This document shows, one piece after another, positions 10,742 to 23,234 of a DNA stretch of 40,704 nt; positions within the stretch are counted from its first letter, which is position 1, and every line of letters begins with the position of its first letter. Source of the stretch: Macrostomum lignano (Eukaryota); the NCBI GenBank assembly GCA_002269645.1, contig NIVC01001919.1:1-40704 (forward strand), in the 5' to 3' direction. The notes beneath the pieces were generated by a model. The model had not been told where the DNA came from. It saw only the letters and a list, made by a program, of their open reading frames with translations, and made no database searches. A program made the translations under genes and the position numbers.

Positions 10742-12869
10742 TGTGTATGTAAATCTATTAGTACAATAGTGCTGTTTTTTAAACAAACACGCATCACTAA
10801 GATCTGCTAGGTGCGACTGACAAACTTTTTTATCCATTCAGTATATAAGGAGCTTGGCCACCTCAAAGCAAAGCGGTGGCTGCAAAAATTGCACCTCGCA
10901 AAAGTAAGCGAGACGCGCATGGTCGCAATGACCAAAGTTATAAATATGGGGTAGGCAATCTTGTCCTCGGTAGGTCCTCATCAGACAAGTTGACTCCCCT
11001 GGCAAAGACGGTAAAGAGCTTCCTAGCAAAGTTCCGGCCAACTTCAAATATGAAAATATTTAAGGGCCTATTAATTGAAACCTCATTTTCATAAAATAAA
11101 TCATTTTTGGCTGAAATTCTTCTTGAGAATTTTCGGACAGTATGCAACAGCCACACTATACGCGTTTTAGCATTGCCAACAAACTGCTTGATTGGGAAAT
11201 TCTGCTTTTAACACCTGTCTATTAGTGTGCCAGTAGATTGAAGACTTCAAATTCAAATAAGCGATCAGATTCAGACTTGTAGAAAAAACTAGACTACTAT
11301 TATTTGATAGAAACTTCGGTAGACTATACAGTAGACTATATTTTTGTATTTGTAAGATTTAATGTCCATAATAGCTAATGATATCAGTATTACAGTGTTC
11401 AATCAACTTTCCTACCTCTTCAAAGCTAAAAATAAAATTACTACACTGCCGCCGCGTGTTGGGCAAGCCGCCCAACTACTAAAACTGTGTTCGTGTTGTA
11501 CAAATTTGCGCTGTTATACTGTAAATCTAATTTATCCTAAATTTAACAGAATATCCACACAAGTCGAATAATAATATTAGAAGTTAGAACTGCACTTAAA
11601 TAAAAACTTACCGATTGTGCCGAATTCGATTTGAATCGAATATCTTTGCGAAAGACGGTTTGTTTTAAAACAGAGTTTTGCAGTTTGCATCCATCTACAT
11701 GTATGCGTAGCTAAGGAAAAAACAAAAAAGCTACTTATCAAAAAAGCAAGTAAATCTTCCAAGTAAAAATTGCTACTCGCAATGCTGGGATTTCGACACG
11801 ATCTTGTATGAATGAATCCTGTCAATTTATAAGCACACAAAATGCTTCAGTAGAAGAAAAAATATTAGCCTGTATAATTCAGGCTTGATTCCAGCCAGAG
11901 AGTGTGGCCGGCCTTGCTGAGGTGGGTGTGTGGAAATCAGCCAGTCCAAGGCTGTGTCCCGGGCGCGTATAGGGTGAAGGAGGTACACAGGCCACTGAAT
12001 AAGCGAGTGTTGCACACAGGCTGACTGGCCTCGTTGGCTGTATCTGCTAAGTCTGAACACCGCGTATGAGACTAAAGCAACGGCTTTAGCTAGGAGGACA
12101 GAACTAGCTGTGTGGCTTGACTGAATCTTTCTCTGCTTCTCTTTTCGTGTGCGCAGCAGAGGCTAGCAGAAAGCCTAGCTAGTCGCTAGATAGGAAATAG
12201 GCGGTTTCTCCGCTAGGGCTTTAGACTCTGGGTGAATATGGCTTGGTCCTATACTACTGCCCTGCTTTCCTTTCTATCGAGGTTCTGCCTTCCCTCTCTG
12301 TCCCCAATCGTTCTCCAGTCCTTCGTGTGTACAGTGGGGGACGGACGCGGAATGGGGTGGGTAAATGCTATGGAGAGGGGCGCGAGCGAATGAGCGGGCG
12401 GGTGAGGAAGGAACAGGAACAGATAGACTGAATGGAACAGGGCTGGGTTGGAGGGTAGGTAGTGAGTCAAATGGAAAGGCTTGCTATTGATTAGTCACGG
12501 GCGTATATACAAATGCAAGGGCATGGAATGAATTTAAAGGAAAAAGAACCCTAACTAAAATGGCATTGCGTTTTTCTAGGCTAGGCCAAAGAAAGGTTGA
12601 TCAATTCACTTCACTTCACTTGCCTGTTAGTAGCATGATAGGGTTAAATAAAAGTCGTAAGAAAGCTAACTATACACCAGTGTAATTTGGTATGGTCGAT
12701 GAATAAAGACTCACCAATACTACTGAGTAATTGAAAATCCAAGAAAAAAAACTCAGCTTAGTCTTCAGCTTAGGATTATGGAGAGTGATTAGATAAAACA
12801 ACAGCTTTGATAAGACTGGACAGCTTGTATGGAAAAGAAAAGTTAGCTTCAAAGATTGTCGGGCCAGAA

Positions 12870-13258
12870 CCATAGACTAAAGAACTTCACAATTGATAGA
12901 ATGATTTTGAATATCGATTGGCGGTAGAATGGCCATAGATTTTTCGGGATAGCATCTACAGTTACATGTCGGCATTGAAATTTTATTCGGTTCTCAATCT
13001 GTTGGTTTGGCCATAGCTAGAACATAAAGCTTGTAACTAAGTAGCTAATCTGCAGACTGACCTATTTTTCTTTAGGATTGATAGTTGTGGCCATAGCTAA
13101 ATATAGAATACCAAATATAGAACGCAGCTGAAGCCGATTTTACAAAGATCTACTTTTGGCCATAGACATCAGCACCTTGATTCTGCAGTGCTGTTTTCTT
13201 CACTGAAAGAGGCTTGCAGTGCCACAATAAAAGCTGCATGAGCTGTCATAGTCTATGG
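12870..13258. mobile_element. Possible MITE bounded by CCATAGACTA/TAGTCTATGG
   Basis: 10-bp inverted ends plus four internal TGGCCATAG direct repeats; no convincing TSD. Confidence 0.35.
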
Positions 13259-13365
13259 GCCAAAATTAGATGCCCCGCCGATCGGTAAAATCGGGTTCAG
13301 CTGCGAAGGCTGCTTTGGAATTTTATATTTAGCTAGATAATTTAGTATTCTCTGGTTATATCTTA

Positions 13366-13975
13366 CACTCAGCAACATTGAAAAGTGTCCACGTCTGCAC
13401 AAAAGGCTACACTAGCTGAACGATTAATAGGGATTGAAAAGTTCTTCAATTATGTTTGGGCCATAGACAATCAAAATAAGGCAACAAAGAATGAACAGCG
13501 AAACAAGCAAGTCCATGCCCATTTCCACGCTGTGTACATGTCTAAAGCATAGCCATTATCATGGGTATAGATAGCAACCACAGCATCCAACAGACCGCTC
13601 ACTCGTCGAGTCATTCCCAAACAAGGCGCCGCAGAAAGTCTTGTGGAAGCTGTTGCCACGCGACTGAAAGCGCATTGCGCAGCTGGACCATGTCTGGGGG
13701 ATAGAGATTGTTACAACTAATCGTGCGCTTCAGGAAATCCCACACGTGCTCAATCGGGTTCATATCCGGTGATCATGGACGGCCAACGCAAAGTGCGCCA
13801 ATCAGTCATTTGGCGGACTATCGTTGTCACCAGATATGACACCAGATATCGGTCTTTACTTTCCTGCCCTTTTTTGCTCATTTGTCTATGGCCCAAAACC
13901 AATTGGCAAAACCATCGATTGTGCTGCCCATGGACCCTTGGCGCAAGGGTGGGAACTTTTAAATGTTGCTGAGTG
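13366..13975 (-). mobile_element. Internally deleted Tc1/mariner element with transposase C-terminus
   Basis: TA TSD (13364-13365, 13976-13977); outer TIR CACTCAGCAACATT(G/T)AAAAGT; inner inverted TTTGGGCCATAGACAA; frameshifted minus-strand peptide WPSMSPDMNPIEHVWDFLKR...AWQQLPQDFLRRLV...MTRR (Tc1 WPS.SPDLNPIE motif). Confidence 0.85.
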
Positions 13976-15101
13976 TACTTCCAATTCATGCCCAAGATCA
14001 TATATACAGAATATACAGAGTACACTCCCGTGTGAGTGTGCGTATGACTGCGTACGTATCAAGGACCACTGTATATAGCAGAACGTAAAACTCAAAGATC
14101 GTGTAAATTTTAAGTTGATTTCCTGTAAAAAATACATGTACACTGCGGAGATAGAAAATCATTTTTTCATATCCGTGCGCTTGTCTGCCTGCTCAGGGGA
14201 GTCGGCGGAATGGGCAGGCAGTAATGCCTCTCGCCGGTTGTGTGACAAAGTCGCTTAAAGTGCACCAGGGTGCACAGCTAGAGCTCCCCTACCTCTAATA
14301 AAAACGCGAATGCGACCCGTCACCGCGCCTACTGCTTAATAAAAGAACACAATCAGAAACTAAGTCGCTATTTATTAATTATTCGATGAGGAAAACAATC
14401 GCGATTTTAAGTATTTTATTATATTGTTTCGGCTATTTTAATCGTATAAGTGGGGTAAGATTGAAGCAAATAATAATAATAATAACTAACAAAGCTCATT
14501 TACTATTAGATAGACTTAAAATATTTATGAAACATTCAGTGCTTGTTGCTGCTATCAAAGAAAAATCGGCAGCGAGTTGAAAACAATAATTTGCACATAA
14601 ATATATAAATCAGCAAAATGTTGAAAAAGTTTTCTATAATGAATAAAATAGCTAATGCCATGCCAAGCTTGATCTGTATTGCGACTAAATAAACAACAAA
14701 ACAGACTGTTGGGTAAGAAAGCTTCTTTAAGAGAAATACTTCTAAATTTACCGGTATTTAAAAAGTGCGTCACTAATAACAATAGACAGCTTTGAAATTG
14801 TGCACCGCCTGTGAATATGAAAATCGGTGTTTTTATAGCATTTTTTCTTTAGATTTATTTTTAGGAAACTTGACAGTGGACAGTTACAGTTGGGCAATAG
14901 TTGTAAGGGAATTCGAGATGCCAAAGATAACTGGCTATCTATTTATTATACCAAACAGGATGAACAGGACAGGTGGGAAATAAACAGCAAGCGGAGTCTA
15001 AGGAACACCAAACACCCAACAAGACAAAAGCTGGACAAAAACCGCGATTAAAAAATCCAATCAACACGGACGCATTCCGTGTCCAGCGCTCATCTTCCGC
15101 T

Positions 15102-18100
15102 TCACTTCATCGCGTCAACGCGAGCCTCAACGCGGTCGAGCTCGGATCGCAGCACGGGCGGAATGTCGTCGCCCACCTGCTCCTCGAGGTAGCGCCTAGT
15201 CTCGTGGATGTCGCCCTCCAGTAGTCAGGCGGGATGCTGAACAGCTCCTTCCAGTTGATGTTCAGGCCATCCGTGTTGATGCTGCCCTCCTTGGGCACCA
15301 GGCCGACAGCGGTTGGCTCGGCGATGTCCTCGCCGTCGACGCGGCGCATCATCCAGTCCAGAACGCGGATGTTCTCGCCAAAGCCTGGCCAGAGAAATTT
15401 TTCGTTTTGATCCTTGCGGAACCAGTTGACGTGGAAGATCTTTGGCATCTTGCGGCCGGGCTTCTCCATGTCTAGCCAATGCTGCAGGTACTTGCCGAAG
15501 TTGTAGCCAAGGAACGGTCGCATCGCCATGGGGTCGTGCATGATCTGCTTGCCCTTGAACTCCGCGGCGGCCGTGGCCTCTGACTTCACCTGAAATAATC
15601 AATTATTAATTATTATCAATTATTAATCATGCTTTCTAATCATCAAACATAAGCGTTTTTTTCGTTAGACCAGGGGTCGGCAAACTCCGGTCCACGAAGT
15701 CTCTCTATCCAGAACTCGGGTCCTATGAAACATCACAATGGCGATCCAGTCCGCTTAAGGTCACAGCTCTCTTACTTTCTCTCTCCGAGTGCATGAGTAA
15801 GACGTCTACGGTAGAATAGTGGCTACGAGGTCTGCAATAAGCCTAATCAACTCACTTGAGCGCCAAGGAAAACGCCGTGCTTCCAGTCCTCGGCCTCGAT
15901 GACCAGCGGCACGCCTTCGGGCCGGCGACCGCCGAAGATGATGCCAGAGATGGGCACTCCGGCCGGGTCCTCCCATTTGGGATGCATGATTGGGCAGTTC
16001 TTAGCCGGGGCGGTAAAACGCGAGTTGGGATGCGAGGAGGGATAATTCTCCTTGCTGCCAATCTTGTAGGGCTTGCCTAGCCAAGTAGTGATTGGGATGT
16101 CCTTGTCACTTCGTCTTCCAGGCCCTCCCAGAAGTAGCCGCCGTCGGCTGTCTCGGCCACGTTAGTGAGAATGCAGTCGCGCTGCAGGGCGGCCATGGCG
16201 TTGGGGTTGGTCTGGTGGTTGGTGCCGGGGGCGACGCCGAAGAAGCCGTTCTCCGGGTTGATAGCCATCAGCTGGCCGTCTTTGTTGAACCGCATCCAGG
16301 CTATGTCGTCTCCAACACAGCGCACAGTGTAGCCGGGCAGGGTAGGCTGAATCATGGCCAAGTTGGTCTTGCCGCAGGCGGACGGGAACGCGGCAACGAA
16401 GAATTTTTCAACACCCTTAGGATTGGTGACGCTCATAATTAGCATGTGCTCGGCCATCCAGCCTTCGTCGTAGGCAATTCGGCCGGCAATGCGAAGGGCG
16501 AAGCACTTCTTGCCTAGCAGGGAGTTGCCGCCGTAGCCGGACCCGTAGCTAACCACCATCCGATCGTCTGGCATATGGGCGATGATCACCTTCTCGGGTT
16601 GCCTAAGGTTGCAAATAAAATCGTCTTTGCAACACAATGTCTTTGTGAAAAATGTGATTTACGTAACTTTTTTGCTTACTGTAACCGCAGATCTAGAACT
16701 AGAATAGCTAGATGGGCCACTCAGCACATTTGCGTGTGAGCTACTTTTAGTTTTAGTACCCTCCAATAACTAAATTAACTATGGAGGGATTATTAGTAAT
16801 TTAGTTTTAGAGGAGAGAAGAAACAGGAGTGGAGAGAGGAGAAAGGATAGAGAGAGAGGAGAGAAGAAACAGGAGTGGAGAGAGGAGAAAGGATAGGAGA
16901 GAGAGAGGAGAGAAGTAGAGAGGAGAGAGAAGAGAGAGAAGCGAGACGAGAGGAAAGATTCGACTAGGGAGCTGAGAAGAGACACAAAACTCAAGCGGGC
17001 CGGATTGCTATTGTAAAATTTCAAAGAACCCGAGGGCCGGATAGAGGCTTCACGGGCCGCATGTGGCCCGCAGGCCGATGTTTGCTGACCTCTGTTTTAC
17101 AATCTCACAAACTTTCACATTCCGTTAGATGCTAAAAACAGCGCAGGTAAAAAAAGCTAAAAACAGCCCACAAAACTTTTGTCCCCTATTGGGAATTCCT
17201 CCCCTTAATTGTCAATTTTAATGACAAATGAGTAATGAGACACGAACTGAGTGTGAGTGGCTGTTTACAAAGTCTAGACAGACAGCACATCAGTTCAAAC
17301 TTCGAATAGAATAGAAATAGGGGAACTGCCGGCGAAGGAAAGTGGGGTGGTGGAGCTGGCCAACAACGGGAGTACCAATGTACATTGATAGGGCTGACTG
17401 TACAGTAGAATCGGACTTTCTTAGAATACATCCAATTGTATTAATTTTTTATATCTGGTTCTTCAGTATCGAATATTCTGGCCTGTCAGTGGCGCAACCA
17501 GAATTTTTTTGAGGGGCGGATTTTGGAGGGTAAAGACCCCAGGGGGGGGGGGAAGGGGCGGCTCCTGTATTGTGGCAAAAATGCGTTTGGTCCTCCCTCT
17601 GATTTTCTTTAGGTCTCCGCCTAAGGGGGGACCGCCCCCACCCCTCGGGGTGCGCCCCTGTGGGCTGTGGCCCGTGGTCTTGGACTGAAAACCTCATCTG
17701 GCCCTTGAGTGGAGAAAGGTTGCCAACCTCTGATCCAGTGATCTAGCGCATGACTGCGGGCCAGAGGGGAGAGGAGAGGGAAGAGAGGAGAGGAGAGGGG
17801 ACAGGAGAGAAGAGATAAGAGAAGAGAGAAAGAGAGCTGAGAATAGACACAAACCCGGATTGCTATAAATTGTGTGAAATTTTAAATTTCAGATAGATAG
17901 AGAGGCTTTGCAGGCCCGCCGGTCAGAGTTTGACGACCACTGAGCTAGACACAAGATTTTAGCTGGCCTACAGGGGCACTCACAACTATCATAGCGTTTG
18001 GGGGGAAGCAACTGTGTGACCCTTTCTGCCCTTGAAATGCTGCAAATGTATTTTTTTGGCTAAAAAGTAACAAGGTAGTTTAGTTGAGTACAGATACTGT

Positions 18101-20347
18101 TTATAGTATCTGTGATACTAACTAATCACTAACTAGACCAGCGACTAGTGTCCACTTGTCATTTTGTGACCCCAACTGTTTACTGTTTACTGTTTTTTTT
18201 CGTTTTGAACAGGGACTTCTAGAGCTAGCACCACTGGACTGGAAGCGAAAAATGATGCTATTTTTAGGAGTCACTGTTTTGACCTAGCTAAAAGCAAAAA
18301 TATTAGTCCTAAAAATATCTTTATTACGCATTCTTATTTACGTAACTTTTTAGCAATAGGAAACTGGCAGATGGGCAAAGAACTCCATTCAAGCTTGCCA
18401 TACTAAATGTAGTGGATGACGTGCAGCAAAACAAGTACGTGTATGAATAATGATATCGTAATAGTCTGGTAGGTATAAATGAGTTTTATCCATCCCAGGA
18501 TCAGCAAGTCGGGATTCTGCGATCCTTACTACCAACACAGGGAGCACTGGAGATATGTAACATAAGTGACCTTACTACCTAACTAGCACAAAGTTCCTCA
18601 AAAATACAGATTTTGAGAAACTTGATCTCGTTTTAAAGCTTAACTAATTATTCACAACTGACATGAGTTTCATTAGTAGAGCAGGAGCACAAGTTTATGC
18701 GACAGGAAGTCTCAAAACTCTTTCCCAACAAAGTTGAAGGAAACTGAAATAAAGATATAAATCGATGAAATACAATCGGGAATGGTTTGATTTAAGCGCT
18801 AGCATTCTAAAATATTCGAATAACACGCATTAGTTAGCTGCAAACTTTTTATCTATTTACCCTGTACAAACCAACCCTCCCGGGTACAGGACAAGGCCAG
18901 CAACAGCCGGGCGACCTTGACGCGTTTTTTAGTCAGCCCAGGGGTAGTGCGCGAATGTACGCATATGTATGTACATTGGCTTTTATTTACCCACAGTCCG
19001 GTCTGAAGTGTTCAACCCAATCCAGTTCTGACTAACTAGCAAGCGCGAAGTCTGGGGTGGGTAGAAAAAAATGACGACCTTCTTCTGAACCGAAAACAAC
19101 CGACCTTAGTTTGGTATGAATAATACCACAGCCCCTGGCTAAATTCCTATTCTTGATACTTAGTTCTGTCTACCCCTTTTTCCTCTGTACAAGCATATTA
19201 CACTGCGCACATTTACACTCAGCAACAGCTTCCCTAACTCACTGCCTGCCACTCTGCCCAAAAGTTTTTGCATGCCATCGGTGATTCAGAAATGTGCGAA
19301 TACTGCCGCCGCCACTGCCAGACAGATTAGCAGATTGGGGGGGGGAGTTGACGCAACACGCTGGTGGCGGTCCAATGAATCCATTGATGAGCCCATTGAT
19401 GAACCCCATAGAACTGCATATCTGGGACTTGCTATCTTTGACTTTGAAACAGTTATAGGCCTACAGATAGGCGGAATGAATCCATTTGTTTCAAGCCTAT
19501 ATTATTATTATAGAAACAATCTACATTTAAGAACGTAAAGAACTTTTATTGTCATCAACTTAGGTTCCTATTTTAGTTATATAGAAACTACTGAACTTAC
19601 AAGACCAATGATTGACAACTCGGTAATTGACTGGACGAGGACAGCCGACGCTGTGCAGGCAGCGAACGAACTCGTTGTTGCCGAGCACGCGCCAGATATC
19701 GTGCGACACGCGCGTCATCAAGCGCATGCACAGCACAACATAGTTGGAGTCGGTGAGTTCGACGCCAATCTTAGACAATGGCGAGCCAATAGGACCCATG
19801 GAGAATGGGATCACGTACATCATGCGGCCTGCAAATTGGTTGGGTTTGGCGTCATCTCTACACTGTGCAACTGATATCTGAAATATTAATTTTATTGTAT
19901 TAATAACTGACCAGCCATGCAGCCAGGAAATCGCTCTTGCATGGCGGCGTCCATATTTTCGGGACTAATCCAGTGGGCCAGCTGGGATGCAGCACCATCT
20001 TTGGTGTGACACTCGGTGGCATAGCGATCAACTGAGCACACAACTGTGCGCGATTCAACGCGGGCAACGTCACGCGGATCAGTGCGACAGATGTAGGTGT
20101 TGGGGTACTTAGTGAGCTTGTGCAGAGTGCCGCGCTCCATCAGCTTAGCAGTGATTTCTTCAGCTTCTTCCACAGATCCATCACAGATGTACACGGCCCT
20201 AGGCTGGCACACATCAACCCATTGGGTAACAAAATCTTGAACCTGCTTGGGCAAATACTTGAAGTCACCCTTGGCAACTGGCACATGGCCAATATGAGGT
20301 ACAACAATCTCATGCACTTCAAAGGCTGATTCTTTTAGTCGCCACAT
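15102..20347 (-). CDS. PCK: Phosphoenolpyruvate carboxykinase (GTP), 4 exons, about 633 aa after correcting three 1-nt deletions
   Basis: Exons 20347-19912, 19828-19601, 16602-15856, 15589-15102 (GT-AG). Motifs [70 protein letters not shown]. Apparent single-base deletions near 16597, 16107 and 15218. Confidence 0.95.
16795..17094 (-). mobile_element. hAT/Charlie-like non-autonomous repeat with GA-rich interior (PEPCK intron 2)
   Basis: Terminus reads CAGAGGTCAGCAAACATCGGCCTGCGGGCCACATGCGGCCCG on the minus strand (Charlie/MER5-like). Interior is homologous to 17745-17942 and, inverted, to 27470-27731. A similar end CAGGGGTCGGCAAAC lies at 15671. Confidence 0.55.
17487..17660. mobile_element. 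hAT-type MITE, 174 bp
   Basis: TIR CAGTGGCGCA...TGCGCCCCTG; 8-bp TSD TGGCCTGT/TGGGCTGT (1 mismatch). Confidence 0.75.
17661..17942. mobile_element. Further Charlie-like fragments
   Basis: End-like GGCCCTTGAG...AAAGGTTGCCAACCTCTG at 17700-17732, then a second GA-rich copy ending GGCCCGCCGG...GTTTGACGACCACTG. Confidence 0.45.
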
Positions 20348-23234
20348 TCTTCTTGCTTGAGTTGATTAGATCTGTGGATATAAAGAATATCAATAAAAAT
20401 TTATTAGATTAAAAACATAAGTAATCTATAGTCTAGATTATACTCCTAGTCAAAGTTAGTCTCATAGGCAAGTATAAATTAGAATAAAAATTATACGGGC
20501 CTAGTTTTTTATTCTATAAAGTGTATATAAAAATATTTTATGGTAAAAAAATAAAGTCATTTATATCAACTCATTCTATGAATTAGTAAAATTGAATACT
20601 TTATTTTATTTCCCCTAAGACATTATTTTAAGAGTTTTTTGTGCAAAATTTAACTCTACCCTATTTCAAAAATGAAAGTAGGTTTTTTATATCTTATATC
20701 CATAGTCTCAAAGAGGGGTGGTATGCTAGATTAATCCAACATACACTCATGACTTTTGGCATACACTTGGTGAGACAACTTTTTGTAAAATCTGGTATAC
20801 ATGTTCCTGCAGTTGTAGAATCAAATTGTGAAATAAAAGTATTTAATTGGAAAGAAAGTATTTTGAGATAATGAAATAAATCTTGGCATGCATTGTTTTT
20901 CTGATGTAAAGAATATCAGCAAAAAAGTGAAACAAAGGAGCAAGAAATTTGCTGAGCTGCGAAACCAGAAATAAGGCTTGTAACAAGGCTTGTTTTTTTC
21001 TGGGATTACAATTTTGGGTTGGAAAAAGTTTGGCATACACTGGCATAGGCATAGGCCTACCAAAAAAAATTGTGGGAGATTTTAGTCCAGCTCCAGCATA
21101 CCTTCAGGCTTCAGGGTGTTCTAAACTATGGTCTTATATATGTGCTATTTAATAGTTTGCTAATCAAATTCATATACTAAGTTCAGAAAATTAAAATTTG
21201 AAAAAATGTTTTAGGCCTAATTCCGTTTTTACTGCAATTTCATCAATAAAGTCTAAATACCAAAATTTATTAGCCCTTGGCGGTGGCCTATGAAAGCATG
21301 TTTTTCAAACAATTTAATATTAAGTACTTTTAATTTTAGTAGGAGTTTTAGATACCAGCCTGCTAAAGCTAACAGAATTTTTATTTTGCTTACCTAGTAG
21401 ATAGTCGCGCAGGGTAGAATTAAGCAGACGTTAGGATTAGTGTAGGATTAGTGTTACGCGTGTAATCCACTTTCAAATCGTCCGGACGAAGGCTTTGGCG
21501 GGCGCGGACGACTTTATATATTATACCAATTTTATGTCGCAAAAACAAAATGAATTTGAATTATTTCCCCCATTTTTATAGCACGCTGTAACTTTACCTT
21601 TACTCTATCATAAAATTGTTATTAAAAATAAGTCATATCAATTCGTCTTTTTTGTTAATATAGCATTCGTAAAAGTTATAACTATCCTGGCGAATATCTT
21701 TTCTATGCACTGATCCAGCTAGCCTGACTAGTGGAACGTAGCAGACATCAGTGGCAGTAGTCTGACATTAAAGTTCCCTTACCAAATGCCTTTTCGTCAA
21801 CTATGATACATTTAAACCGTTACTATGTCACTTTGTTCAAGAGACTATAGGGAATGAGTACTGTACAAAAAGTAACATATAGCCATGTAAAAGCTTCGAG
21901 GTACAATCAATTGATAAGTATAGGGAAGCGAGATAAGGCGAACTGGCATTAGTGGGATACATATCACGGTACGTGTACACGCACAGCAATCCCATGTCGG
22001 TGCAGGTCTGAGTACTGACGTTCCCGACTTAATATAATCGACGTTCGATGACTTCTGGACGTCAGCCGACGTTGCCGATGTCGGATTGCTGTACGTACTT
22101 GTACATGTGCAAGATGTAAATTGTATATGCATGATTGTGTAGAGGCTAGTTTAGATCAAGTACAGGTTTTTTCTTTACTGTACGTGTAAAACTATTGTAA
22201 TCTATAAAGTGTACATGCATATTACATTTTACATGTACATTTTTTATTTTTAGTATTAAATCTGCGTGTATGGGGCTGTTTTTACATGCACTAGGGCTCA
22301 AAGAAATTATATAGGAGAAACCATTTAAAAATCGGGTTTCCGACCAGTAGTACAACTATAGTTTCTTTTTGCTGTGTCAATCTCGAAGGCATTTAGTTAA
22401 ATTTCATTTAATTCGCCACCGGATATCAGAGATAAGGCATAAAAGGGTACACCTGACTATAATCTAGTGCCTGGATCTGACAAAGATCGGAGAACTAAAA
22501 GTAGAGGAGCTGTTTGTCTGTTAGTCCACTGCAGCCGACTAATTTTAGCTTTTCATTATCTATAAGCTTCCATAGCGAGAAAGGCATAAAACAATTTGAA
22601 AATAGTTCTCTTCAATACGACACTTTCACTTTTCTTAATGAATTAGAACAATAGATTAGTTGTGTATTAGCCTAGCAAATACTGCCTCAAAGACTAGCAC
22701 AATATAGAGCAAGTAGCAAATAAAGCAATAATCATATACAGATGCTGAACGGGGGGTCAGGTAAGGGAAACTCACAGCAATAAAACAGGTTCAGCTAGCC
22801 TCGATCCACCAAACCAATCATAAACTCAGCATGACTTGGGATTTCTCCTGTGACCAAATTCAACAGACTGATTGATTGCAGGTCGTTGAGCAGAGATTAT
22901 CGACCAGATGAAGCCGAAGGCCAATGCTGCTACTGTTCACACGCTTTCACTACACAACTATATAAAATACAAGATAAATATGTTGTGCATGCTAAATTAA
23001 AGAAATGGTAATATTCACTGCCACAGATCAAATGCAGTCATTGATTTTGTGATAAAAAGGAATTATTCCTATCTCCGCAGTTTTTTTTCAGAAAATTGGC
23101 CTCTAAAAACGCGATCTTTGAGTTTCACCTCCTGTTATCTCCTGTTTCACCTCCTATTACAGTGGTCTATGCGATAAAAGATTGCAGGTTAAAGATCTCC
23201 ACTTCATATATACACAGAAAACTTTGCTGTCCAC

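Noticed and set aside
10680-10800. Box C/D snoRNA guiding 28S methylation
   Set aside because: A GTGATG-like box lies upstream on the minus strand, but no CTGA D/D' box follows the antisense blocks at the required distance.
12870-13258. CRISPR-like repeat-spacer array
   Set aside because: Repeat is only about 9 nt, spacing is irregular, there are no cas genes and the context is eukaryotic. All other arrays lack spacers.
14185-14221. Hairpin CTGCCTGCTC...GGGCAGGCAG as miRNA or SECIS
   Set aside because: Only a 10-bp stem with a 17-nt loop; no miRNA-length stem or SECIS core recognised.
22030-22140. Cys-rich peptide CRCRIAVRTCTCARCKLYMHDC resembling a piggyBac C-terminal domain
   Set aside because: Short, flanked by stops, no TIR or TTAA context.
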